Part shown: positions 1-7,258 of the stretch, piece after piece
How the letters are laid out: each line of letters starts with the position of its first letter
Position numbering within the stretch: the stretch's first letter is position 1
DNA from: Candidatus Saccharimonadota bacterium
GTDB taxonomy: Bacteria > Patescibacteriota > Saccharimonadia > Saccharimonadales > UBA4665
Length of the DNA: 32,000 nucleotides
Assembly: GCA_963716945.1 (NCBI GenBank)
Contig: OY970322.1
Location: forward strand, 990,001-1,022,000
Direction: 5' to 3'
Program-made: the position numbers and the translations under genes
Notes under the pieces: generated by a model
What the model saw: only the letters and a program-made list of their open reading frames with translations
The model's database searches: none
What the model was told of the DNA's origin: nothing

Positions 1-63
1 GAATGTAGTACACTTAACAACATGCAGGCTGTATCAGTTCAACGGGATAGGAGACACGTATCG

Positions 64-1770
64 ATGGCTCTGAGTACGCACGCTGACAATCCCGATGGAG
101 CTGCGGCCGTCATCTACCTGCGGGTATCGAGCAAGGAGCAAGCCGAAAAGGGCGGCGAAGCCGAGGGATTCTCGATCCCCGCGCAACGCGAGGGCTGCAA
201 GCGCAAGGCGCAGAGCCTAGACGCGGTAGTCATCGAGGAGTTCGTCGAGCGCGGCGAGTCGGCCAAGACGGCTGACCGACCCGAGTTGCAACGGCTACTT
301 GCCTACCTCGCCGAGCATCCTGTCAAGTACGTCATCGTCCACAAGGTTGACCGACTGGCGCGCAACAGGGCCGATGACGTAGCGATCAACATGGCGATTC
401 GGCAGGCCGGGGCCGAGCTGGTGTCCGTCTCCGAGAACATCGACCAAACGCCATCGGGTCTACTGCTGCACGGCATCATGGCCTCGATCAGCGAGTTCTA
501 CAGCCGCAACTTGGCGACGGAGGTCATCAAGGGCACCACGCAGAAGGCCAAGAACGGCGGCACGCCGGGTCGTGCGCCGATCGGCTATCTGAACGTGCGG
601 GGCATGATCGAGGGCCGCGAAGTCCGTACCGTCGAGGTCGATCCGGTGCGCGGGCCGCTGATGGCGTGGGCGTTCGAGGCGTATGCGACCGGCGAGTGGA
701 CAATCCGGCGTCTACTGGCTGAGCTGACCGCCCGAGGCTTGACGACGGCACCGGGCCGAAAGAATCCGGGCCGGCCAGTGGTCGTCTCGCACCTGCATAC
801 GCTACTGCGCAACCCGTACTACATGGGCATGGTGCGCTACCGGGGAGCGGTCTACGTAGGCAAGCACGAGCCGCTCGTCACGCCCGCCATTTGGCATGAA
901 GTCCAGAGCATCTTGAGCGCGAAGTACCTAACCGGGGAGAAGGATCGGGAGCACCCGCACTACTTGAAGGGCAGCATCTACTGCGGCCAGTGCGGCGCTC
1001 GCCTGATTGTCAATCGAGCCAAAGGCAACGGCGGCAGCTACATGTACTTCGTCTGTGGCGGACGACAGCGCGACCCGGCAAGCTGCCAGTTCCGGGCGGC
1101 ACGGATCGAGCAGGTCGAGGCTGCCGTCGTCGCCTGCTACGCGACTGTGCAGCTTCCCGAGGATGAGGTTGCACGACTGCGTACCTTCTTGGGTCAAGAG
1201 CTGGCGAAGCTTCGCAGCGACTCCGAGCGTGAACGGGACGAGCAGGAGCGCCGACTGCGAGGACTCCAGGGCGAACGCGAGAAGCTGCTCCAAGCCCACT
1301 ACGCCGATGCGATCCCGCTCGACCTTCTCAAGCGCGAGCAAGACCGCCTCACGACAGCTATAGCCAACGCCGAAGGTCGGCTGGCTGCCATCACCGCCGA
1401 CCTCAAGGCGGCCGATGCAAATATGCACAAGGCCCTGACCCGAGCCGGCGACTGCCAGACCGCTTACGACGAAGCCGCCGACCGGCTGCGCCGGCAATTC
1501 AATCTGACCTTCTTCAAGCGCCTCGTCGTCTACGACTCCAGCAACGTCTCCGCCGAGCTGGCCGAACCTTGGGACATCATCCTCGGAGAGGAGCTGCGAC
1601 GGGCAGTCGCCGCACAAGAGGCCGAAAGCCTCAAAGACGCCATTGAACACGCCAAGCGCGAGCACGCACGACGCCCACGCGGGCCAATCGCAGGCAAGAC
1701 GACAACCGCCGCCCCTGATTGGGGCGGCGGTTGGAGTCCGAACATGATGGTGCGGGTGAGGGGACTCTAA
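64..1770 (+). CDS. Large serine recombinase (resolvase catalytic domain + recombinase domain + zinc ribbon + coiled coil)
   Basis: The ORF is open from 22. The ATG at 64 is preferred because AGGAG lies about 10 nt upstream. Motifs: catalytic-Ser 'AVIYLRVSSKEQ', 'VHKVDRLARN', 'SISEFYSRNLATEVIKG', Cys-rich ribbon 'YCGQCG...YFVCGG...SCQF', and an Arg/Glu-rich coiled coil 'RSDSERERDEQERRLRGLQGEREKL'. Confidence 0.85.
   Translation: MALSTHADNPDGAAAVIYLRVSSKEQAEKGGEAEGFSIPAQREGCKRKAQSLDAVVIEEFVERGESAKTADRPELQRLLAYLAEHPVKYVIVHKVDRLARNRADDVAINMAIRQAGAELVSVSENIDQTPSGLLLHGIMASISEFYSRNLATEVIKGTTQKAKNGGTPGRAPIGYLNVRGMIEGREVRTVEVDPVRGPLMAWAFEAYATGEWTIRRLLAELTARGLTTAPGRKNPGRPVVVSHLHTLLRNPYYMGMVRYRGAVYVGKHEPLVTPAIWHEVQSILSAKYLTGEKDREHPHYLKGSIYCGQCGARLIVNRAKGNGGSYMYFVCGGRQRDPASCQFRAARIEQVEAAVVACYATVQLPEDEVARLRTFLGQELAKLRSDSERERDEQERRLRGLQGEREKLLQAHYADAIPLDLLKREQDRLTTAIANAEGRLAAITADLKAADANMHKALTRAGDCQTAYDEAADRLRRQFNLTFFKRLVVYDSSNVSAELAEPWDIILGEELRRAVAAQEAESLKDAIEHAKREHARRPRGPIAGKTTTAAPDWGGGWSPNMMVRVRGL
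1703..1733. other. Perfect 13-bp GC-rich stem-loop (possible tRNA-Gly terminator or recombinase-associated palindrome)
   Basis: CAACCGCCGCCCC (1703..1715), TGATT loop, GGGGCGGCGGTTG (1721..1733). It lies inside the last codons of the recombinase ORF, about 15 nt downstream (minus sense) of the tRNA-Gly CCA end. No clear U-tract follows on either strand. Confidence 0.5.
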
Positions 1771-1824
1771 CCCCTGGCCTCGTCCTTGGCAAGGACGCGC
1801 TCTAAACAACTGAGCTACACCCGC
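1748..1824 (-). tRNA. tRNA-Gly (anticodon GCC), CCA encoded
   Basis: Hand-folded cloverleaf. Acceptor GCGGGTG/CACCCGC, D arm GCTC-AGTTGTTTA-GAGC, anticodon arm CGTCC-TTGCCAA-GGACG, T arm AGGGG-TTAGAGT-CCCCT, discriminator A + CCA. Confidence 0.9.
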
Positions 1825-1839
1825 ATGTTGTACCGGACT

Positions 1840-1869
1840 ATATTACCTGAAATGGCCGGCCGAAATCAA
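1840..1869 (-). promoter_or_regulatory. Candidate sigma70-type promoter for tRNA-Gly
   Basis: Minus strand: TTGATT (1869..1864), 18-nt spacer, TAATAT (1845..1840). The -10 box ends 15 nt before the mature tRNA 5' end. Confidence 0.4.
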
Positions 1870-1871
1870 CG

Positions 1872-1947
1872 TGGTGGCGCCTCCCAGACTCGAACTGGGG
1901 ACACAAGGCTCTTCAGGCCTCTGCTCTACCAACTGAGCTAAAGCGCC
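1872..1947 (-). tRNA. tRNA-Phe (anticodon GAA), CCA encoded
   Basis: Cloverleaf: acceptor GGCGCTT/AGGCGCC, anticodon arm GAGGC-CTGAAGA-GCCTT, T arm CCCAG-TTCGAGT-CTGGG, A + CCA. 76 nt. Confidence 0.9.
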
Positions 1948-1958
1948 ACGACTTGGCT

Positions 1959-1987
1959 ATTTTACGCTAGATAACAGATGAGCACAA
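1959..1987 (-). promoter_or_regulatory. Candidate sigma70-type promoter for tRNA-Phe
   Basis: Minus strand: TTGTGC (1987..1982), 17-nt spacer, TAAAAT (1964..1959). The -10 box ends 11 nt before the tRNA 5' end. Confidence 0.4.
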
Positions 1988-2099
1988 GGGTCTTGGGGTT
2001 CAGCGGAAGTTTATTTGCCGTTAGCTTGGGGCTTGATTTATACTGAAGCTATGACAAACCTAACAAAAACGGGTTTCGCGGAAAACCGGCTCTCGGCTG

Positions 2100-2729
2100 A
2101 TGCTTAGGCTATCGCCGGAAGACAGCCGGCAGCTCGGCCTGCTGATCAGGCCGTCATGGCTCAGCGGCCTGATAGCCGTGGTCGTCGGCCTGGTCATCAG
2201 TGTCGGCGTGGTCGTCTCGTTCGAGGCCCACAACAGCCTGCTGCAGCAGCACCTGGTGTCCTACCAAGACGGTCCGCAGCCGGCCCTGACGGTGCCCGGC
2301 CAAGGCGCGCCCGTCAGCAGCAAATCCGGCCTGTCCAGCAACTGGCCGCTGCTGCTCGTCTGGAGCCTGGTCGGTTTCCTGGTCTACCTTATGGTCGCCT
2401 CGATCGTCCGCTTCGCGTCCGAGGCCGAGGGCTTGAGGGAGTCGCTCGACTATGTCAACGCCAAGCCCAAGTCCGTCATCGCTTCGACCGCCGAGCATGC
2501 CTTGCTGCGGGTTACGGCCTTAATTCTGCTGATTACTTTCACCGTGGCCATTTGGCGGCAAATCATACCCTATAGCATCACCGCTTCCCTGGCCGGCGTG
2601 TCGAACCTGGCCAGCCTCGACGGCGGCCTTTACGCGCTGCTGTCATTCCTGCTGATCGCCGTCAGCCTGCACGTCGAAACCGTGCTGCTGAGGATGTCGC
2701 TGGGGCGGGCCCGGGTGTTCGAGCTGTAG
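2100..2729 (+). CDS. Hypothetical integral membrane protein
   Basis: 209-aa ORF with four hydrophobic spans ('LIAVVVGLVISVGVVVSF', 'LLLVWSLVGFLVYLMVASIV', 'ALILLITFTVAIW', 'LYALLSFLLIAVSL'). No family recognised and no SD. See the uORF/leaderless note in the findings. Confidence 0.5.
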   Translation: MLRLSPEDSRQLGLLIRPSWLSGLIAVVVGLVISVGVVVSFEAHNSLLQQHLVSYQDGPQPALTVPGQGAPVSSKSGLSSNWPLLLVWSLVGFLVYLMVASIVRFASEAEGLRESLDYVNAKPKSVIASTAEHALLRVTALILLITFTVAIWRQIIPYSITASLAGVSNLASLDGGLYALLSFLLIAVSLHVETVLLRMSLGRARVFEL

Positions 2730-2730
2730 C

Positions 2731-3495
2731 CTACTTGTGCTCTTTGATCATGAAGTCTTTGACGCTTTGGATAGTGTCCATGAACTGGCTGGGGAAGATG
2801 ATGGTGCTGTTCTTCTCCTGCGCGACATCCGTCAGGACCTGCAGGTTGCGCAACTGCAAGGCGATCGGGTGGGCGGCGATGACGTCGGCCGCTTCGCCGA
2901 GCTTCTTGGCGCTTAGGGCTTCGCCTTCGGCGGCGATGATCTTGGCCCGTTTCTCGCGCTCGGCTTCGGCCTGCTTGGCCATCGCCCGCTGCATGCTGTC
3001 CGGCAGCTGGATGTCCTTGACCTCGACGGTGCTGACATAGATTCCCCACTTTTCGGTCGAGGTTTCGAGGATGCTTTTGATCTTCTCGTTAATCGCCAGG
3101 GTTTCGCTGAGCACGTCGTCCAGGCTGCTCTGGCCGACGATGTTGCGGACGGTGGTTTGGGCGATCTGGTAGGTGGCCGAGACGACGTTCTCGATTTCGA
3201 CGATCGACTTGGTCGGGTCGACGACTTTGTAATAAGCCACGGCCGCCACGTCGATCGAGACGTTGTCCTTGGTGATGATCTTCTGCGACTCGATCGGCAA
3301 GGTGACAATCCGGAGCGAAACTTTGCGCATCTGGTCGATGATCGGGATGATCAGCCTCAGGCCCGGCTCTCGGACGCCGCCGCTGACCTTGCCTAAGCGG
3401 AAAACCACGCCGCGTTCGTACTGGTTAACGATCCGGACGCTGTAGCCGATAATGATAATGACGACGAAAATTAAAAATATGATCAGTCCCGGCAT
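2731..3495 (-). CDS. SPFH/band-7 (stomatin/QmcA-like) membrane protein
   Basis: N-terminal TM anchor, then '[15 protein letters not shown]...[12 protein letters not shown]...SLRI' and the C-terminal coiled coil '[20 protein letters not shown]'. GGAGG lies 4 nt before the ATG at 3495 (the ORF opens at 3507). Confidence 0.85.
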   Translation of the reverse strand: MPGLIIFLIFVVIIIIGYSVRIVNQYERGVVFRLGKVSGGVREPGLRLIIPIIDQMRKVSLRIVTLPIESQKIITKDNVSIDVAAVAYYKVVDPTKSIVEIENVVSATYQIAQTTVRNIVGQSSLDDVLSETLAINEKIKSILETSTEKWGIYVSTVEVKDIQLPDSMQRAMAKQAEAEREKRAKIIAAEGEALSAKKLGEAADVIAAHPIALQLRNLQVLTDVAQEKNSTIIFPSQFMDTIQSVKDFMIKEHK

Positions 3496-3572
3496 ATTGC
3501 CTCCCAAGCTTATGGCCTCATTGTACGGCCGCGCCTACCCAAAAAGCAATAAAAACCATGAACCGGTCAGCG

Positions 3573-3649
<77 letters not shown>

Positions 3650-3697
3650 GAATACCTAAACAATTCTAGCAAAACAGGGGTAAAAAATAAAGCCTGG

Positions 3698-4951
3698 TTA
3701 GCTAACGCCGAGCCAGCCCAGGACGGTCTGGGTCAGGACGGTCAGTGACAGCACGCTGACCACGGCGATGCAGACCGTGGCGACAGCCCGGAAGATCGGG
3801 CCGTTGGCGGCGTCGCCGAGCAGCGAGCGCTTGTTGGCCAGAATCAGCAGGTAGACCAGCAGGATGGGCGTGATGATACCGTTCAGGACCTGGGCGTTAA
3901 TCAGGGTGTGGATCAGGTTGCCCGGTATCAGGGCGACCGAGGCGCCGATGATGATTTGGATGGTGAACAGGCCGAGGAAGACCGGCGCTTCGCGGAAGCG
4001 CTTGCCGACGCTGCGTTCCGAGCCGACGGCTTCGCTGACGGCATAAGACGACGATAGCGGCACGATAACCGCGGCCAGGGCGCTGGCCCCCAGCAGGCCG
4101 ATGCCGAACAGCTGGGTCGCGAACGCGCCGGCCACCGGTTTCAGCGCCCGCGCCGCTTCGGTGGCACTGTCCAGCGGCGCCCGGGTCCGGATGGCGGCCG
4201 CCGTGGCGATGATAATGAAAATGCTGATAATATCGGCAAACAGCGCCCCGGCGATAGCGCTTACCCGTTCGCGGTTATAATCATCAGGCCCGACGCCTTT
4301 GTCGGCGATGGCCGCCGCCAGATAAAACTGCATGTACGGCGTAATGGTCGTTCCGATTAGGGCAACGCCCAGGAACAGGAAACTTTTACTAAGTATGAAG
4401 TGCGGCCAGACCAGCTGGCTGGCGGCCTGGCTGACATGCGGATGCGACAGGAAAGCGGCCACCGGATAGGTCAAAAAGGCCAGCGACAGGACCAGGAAGA
4501 TGCGCTCCACCCGTCGGTAGCTGCCGAACATCACCAGTGACCAGACCAGCACGGCGGCAATCGGCACCGATGTATAGCGGCTGACGTTGAACAGCTGGAA
4601 AGCGGCCGCGATACCGGCGAATTCGCTGACCACCAGGCCGATGTTGGCAACTACGAACAGCCCCAGCGCCAATGTCGTCATCCTAATCGAAAACTGTTCG
4701 CGAATCAGCGAACCGAGGCCCTCGCCGGTGTAAGCACCGAGCCGGGCGCACATTTCCTGGACGACGACCAGCGCCACCGTAACCAAAACCATAAAAAAAA
4801 GCGTCCGGTAGCCGAATTGGGCGCCCGCCGAAGCATAGGTCGCGATACCGCCGGCGTCGTTGCCGGCGTTAGCGGCAATCAGACCGGGGCCGGCGATGGC
4901 CAGAATTGCTATCAGCAGCCGTTTGGAAGTTAAGTGCTTGAGTCTCATCAT
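3698..4951 (-). CDS. Nramp-family transporter with a non-canonical metal site (NRMT-like, candidate Mg2+ transporter)
   Basis: 417 aa, polytopic. The TM1 segment 'IAGPGLIAANAGNDAGGIATYASAGAQFGY' aligns with the Nramp 'GPG...DPGN..T....GA' signature, but DPGN is DAGG (nt 4847..4858). The TM6 segment 'IGTTITPYMQFYL' replaces 'G..VMPHN.YLHS', so MPH becomes TPY (nt 4334..4342). Its start overlaps the upstream stop (ATGATGA). Confidence 0.8.
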   Translation of the reverse strand: MMRLKHLTSKRLLIAILAIAGPGLIAANAGNDAGGIATYASAGAQFGYRTLFFMVLVTVALVVVQEMCARLGAYTGEGLGSLIREQFSIRMTTLALGLFVVANIGLVVSEFAGIAAAFQLFNVSRYTSVPIAAVLVWSLVMFGSYRRVERIFLVLSLAFLTYPVAAFLSHPHVSQAASQLVWPHFILSKSFLFLGVALIGTTITPYMQFYLAAAIADKGVGPDDYNRERVSAIAGALFADIISIFIIIATAAAIRTRAPLDSATEAARALKPVAGAFATQLFGIGLLGASALAAVIVPLSSSYAVSEAVGSERSVGKRFREAPVFLGLFTIQIIIGASVALIPGNLIHTLINAQVLNGIITPILLVYLLILANKRSLLGDAANGPIFRAVATVCIAVVSVLSLTVLTQTVLGWLGVS

Positions 4952-6264
4952 GACAGTATCCTCGGGAAGTGGAAACGGTTGCCGTCGGGAACCAGGACGT
5001 CAATAATGTCGTCGGCCAGGATCCGGCCCAGCGGCCGGCCGGCGTCGTCGACGACCAGGACCGACGACCGCCGGTTGTTGATCAGCAGGTCGGAGACATC
5101 CTTGATGGAAGCGCCGGGGGGTACGGTGACCGGCGAAGGCCCGGTGATAGTGTCCTTGAGTTTTTTGGCCGGGTCGGCCAGGAAGAGCTCGGCCATGGTC
5201 GCATCATGGACGAATTTGCCGGCCTCATCGACCAGAACGACGGCTTCGAGTTCGGCAACCGGGCGTTTGGCGTCGGTTAGCCGTTTGCGCAAGTCACGCA
5301 CTGTTTCCGATATCGGGGCCGTAGTTATGGCCGTGTTCATGAAACCGCCGGCCGTTTCTTCGTCATAAGACAGTACCCTGTTAACCTGTTCCGACGAGTC
5401 GTCGGGCATCAGTTCCAGCAGCTGCCGGCGCAAATCCTCGTCGATGTCGCGCAGGGCGTCGGCGGCTTCGTCCGGCTCCATGCTGGTCAGGTACTGGGCG
5501 GCTTCTTCGGGGCTGGCTTCGCGCAGCAGGACGCCCAATTCTTTGGCCTGCATTTCTTCCAGGGCGTCGGCCGCCTGGTCGCGGGTCAGCGAATCCAGCA
5601 GTTCGCGGCGTTCGGCCCGGCCCAAATCTTCCAGCAGGTCGGCCAGTTCGCCGGGGCGCAACTTGCGCAGTTCGTTGCGGCTGGAGGCCAGCTTGAGGCT
5701 CTGGCCGTTTTCGGACCGGCCAAAACTTTTGATAGACGACCAGTCGATAACGGCGCCCGGACTGGAGTGCTTGCGCCAGCGGGCCGGACCCAGCCGGCGC
5801 AGCAGTGCCCGGTAACTGACATCTACGGCTACTAACCGCAGGACTTTATTATTATTGGCGACGTACAGGTCGGCCGCCCGGACGACGCGGGCGCCGTCGA
5901 TATCGACCAGCTGGTGGTCGAGAATGTCCTGCAAGACCCTGACCTCGGCCGGCCGGGGCTTAAAGTCGCGCAAGTCGAGCTGTGCCGTGTTGAGGCGGAT
6001 ACTTTTGCGGGTGGCTTCTTCGACCTGGCTGGCGGCTATCCAGACTACCCGGCGGCCGACCTTGACCAGAATGCCCGACAGGGGCGGATAAGCCTCACTG
6101 GTGTCCCAGCGGAAGACCAGGTCCACCAGGGTGCCGACTTCTTGGCCGCCCTTGTGGACGACCGTGCAGCCCGCCAAACCGGCAGCCGAAATCAGCGACT
6201 TGCTGAGATGCGAAGGCGCCTTTCGGGGTATACGTAATGCCGGTGGGTGAATTCTCTTTGACAT
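4948..6264 (-). CDS. Soluble MgtE-like cytoplasmic module: PRC-barrel-like repeats + MgtE_N domain + CBS pair, no transmembrane pore
   Basis: 438 aa. MgtE_N-type helical repeats: 'ELADLLEDLGRAERRELLDSL', 'AADALEEM', 'MEPDEAADALRDI'. Also the connector 'LSYDEETAGGFMNT' and two CBS-like units ending 'GRILADDIIDVLVP'. There is no hydrophobic span. The ORF ends where MgtE proper continues into its TM domain. Confidence 0.75.
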   Translation of the reverse strand: MSKRIHPPALRIPRKAPSHLSKSLISAAGLAGCTVVHKGGQEVGTLVDLVFRWDTSEAYPPLSGILVKVGRRVVWIAASQVEEATRKSIRLNTAQLDLRDFKPRPAEVRVLQDILDHQLVDIDGARVVRAADLYVANNNKVLRLVAVDVSYRALLRRLGPARWRKHSSPGAVIDWSSIKSFGRSENGQSLKLASSRNELRKLRPGELADLLEDLGRAERRELLDSLTRDQAADALEEMQAKELGVLLREASPEEAAQYLTSMEPDEAADALRDIDEDLRRQLLELMPDDSSEQVNRVLSYDEETAGGFMNTAITTAPISETVRDLRKRLTDAKRPVAELEAVVLVDEAGKFVHDATMAELFLADPAKKLKDTITGPSPVTVPPGASIKDVSDLLINNRRSSVLVVDDAGRPLGRILADDIIDVLVPDGNRFHFPRILS

Positions 6265-6273
6265 TTGGTATAT

Positions 6274-6282
6274 ATTATATCA
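6274..6282 (-). promoter_or_regulatory. Extended -10 promoter (TGaTATAAT) for the MgtE_N/CBS + Nramp operon; near-leaderless geometry
   Basis: Minus strand reads TGATATAAT (6282..6274). Only 9 nt separate the -10 box from the ATG at 6264, and there is no SD. Confidence 0.5.
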
Positions 6283-6356
6283 TAAAATCTACTAATCCGT
6301 GCCGGTCCGGCCAGCCCTGACCGGCCGGATACCTGATTTTGCGGCTTTATACGCTG

Positions 6357-6381
6357 GAGCCAAGCTTTTTGGGCTTGGCTC
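6357..6381. other. 9-bp perfect hairpin (possible U-tract-less terminator of the 6504..7247 gene)
   Basis: GAGCCAAGC (6357..6365), 7-nt loop, GCTTGGCTC (6373..6381). No convincing U-run follows on the minus strand. Confidence 0.4.
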
Positions 6382-6503
6382 TCAGTCGTGTTTTCTCGTG
6401 CGCGCCCACCCGGCGACGGGCAAGGTGTAGATATTTTTGTTTTTATCTGTTTGTTTGACGCGCCGCCCGCTAGCGCACGATCTATGTCTAAGCATAATTA
6501 AAT

Positions 6504-7247
6504 TCAGGCTTTTGTCAAGCTTGAAGGGCGTTTCAGCTCGCCCGCCCGCGGCAAGATGTACAGGGACAGAATCAGAGCGAACAGGACCGCAAAACCGCAC
6601 ATCACGCTCGGTATCGCCCGTTGGGTGGCCGGCCTGAGCTCGCCGACCAGGATGGTCGGCACGATGAAGACCAGCCAGCCGATCATCAGCGCCCGGACGG
6701 TCTGCAGCTGCCGGTAGGCTTTTTTGCCCCGGCTCATCAGTTCGTTGGCCCAGCGAATGCCCATCAGGAACGAGATGCCCAGCCAGCCGTAATAGTAGGC
6801 CGTGTACCAGCCGCCCCAGGTGTAGGCTATCTGGAAGATGACATAGTTACCGGTACATTTGTAGCCGAAGAATGCATTGTCGCCGACCAGGAAGAAGGTC
6901 ACGAAGACCAGCATCGTGGCGTAAGCCGTCCAGACCAGCCACCGGTTCTTCTTGCCGGTCAGGACATGAAGTATATGAATGCCGAGCGGCGGCAGCACGC
7001 TGATAGCCGCGAAGCCCAGGCGCGACCAGGTAGGCGTGTTGCCCAGCCAGCTGGTACAAACGAAATACTCGCAGACCTGAAAAGTAGCCAGCATAACCAA
7101 GGTGATAATCACCAGCCGGCTCAACTCGGTCATCTTGTAACGGGCAAACGTGTAGATAGCCAGCCCCAGCTCGATAACTACCGTGGCCACCATCACCGGC
7201 GGCGAAAAACAGTTGAATTGTGTGCCGTGGCGCTGCCGCATAAGCAT
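6504..7247 (-). CDS. Hypothetical polytopic membrane protein
   Basis: 247 aa, Trp/Tyr-rich, with about 7 hydrophobic spans. No family recognised confidently. Confidence 0.5.
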   Translation of the reverse strand: MLMRQRHGTQFNCFSPPVMVATVVIELGLAIYTFARYKMTELSRLVIITLVMLATFQVCEYFVCTSWLGNTPTWSRLGFAAISVLPPLGIHILHVLTGKKNRWLVWTAYATMLVFVTFFLVGDNAFFGYKCTGNYVIFQIAYTWGGWYTAYYYGWLGISFLMGIRWANELMSRGKKAYRQLQTVRALMIGWLVFIVPTILVGELRPATQRAIPSVMCGFAVLFALILSLYILPRAGELKRPSSLTKA

Positions 7248-7258
7248 ATTAGTTAGGA

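Larger units (their letters stand above)
1..1770. mobile_element. Right-hand edge of a putative integrative element (recombinase module); the element body would lie left of the window
   Basis: The only visible content is a large serine recombinase gene whose last 23 nt (1748..1770) are the antisense of the 3' end of tRNA-Gly. The other boundary is outside the window, so the extent is unknown. Confidence 0.4.

Noticed and set aside
928-1809. Long antisense or alternate-frame ORFs throughout the window. Examples: 928..1809(-), 6621..7256(+), 8516..9145(+), 12096..12764(-), 21585..21974(+), 30152..31030(-).
   Set aside because: Each lies entirely inside a better-supported gene with recognisable motifs on the other strand or frame. 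Their products are Arg/Ala/Gly/Pro-rich low-complexity sequence, typical of shadow ORFs in ~60 % GC DNA.
2731-3495. An SPFH gene without a partner NfeD protease as an anomaly.
   Set aside because: Stand-alone SPFH genes are common. The convergent neighbour (2100..2729) shows no NfeD-like features, so there is nothing to interpret.
4946-4951. Possibility of an alternative genetic code (UGA recoding, as in some CPR lineages).
   Set aside because: TGA works as a genuine stop at well-defined gene ends, for example the MgtE_N/CBS gene, uvrC and the holin-family gene. Conserved proteins (LigA, UvrC, HtpX) translate full-length with the standard code.
6265-6503. Possible M-box (Mg2+) or yybP-ykoY (Mn2+) riboswitch upstream of the MgtE_N/Nramp operon.
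   Set aside because: Neither strand contains the conserved cores I know ('GGUGAGGCUCC...CUAAAGCUC' for the M-box, 'GGGGAGUAG...GAGAC' for yybP-ykoY). The best promoter sits only 9 nt from the start codon and leaves no room for a leader. The region is reported only as unexplained structure.
6382-6637. ORFs 6382..6600(-) and 6437..6637(+) in the spacer region.
   Set aside because: They overlap each other and the end of the 6504..7247 gene, have no SD and give low-complexity products. The region is better explained by hairpins.
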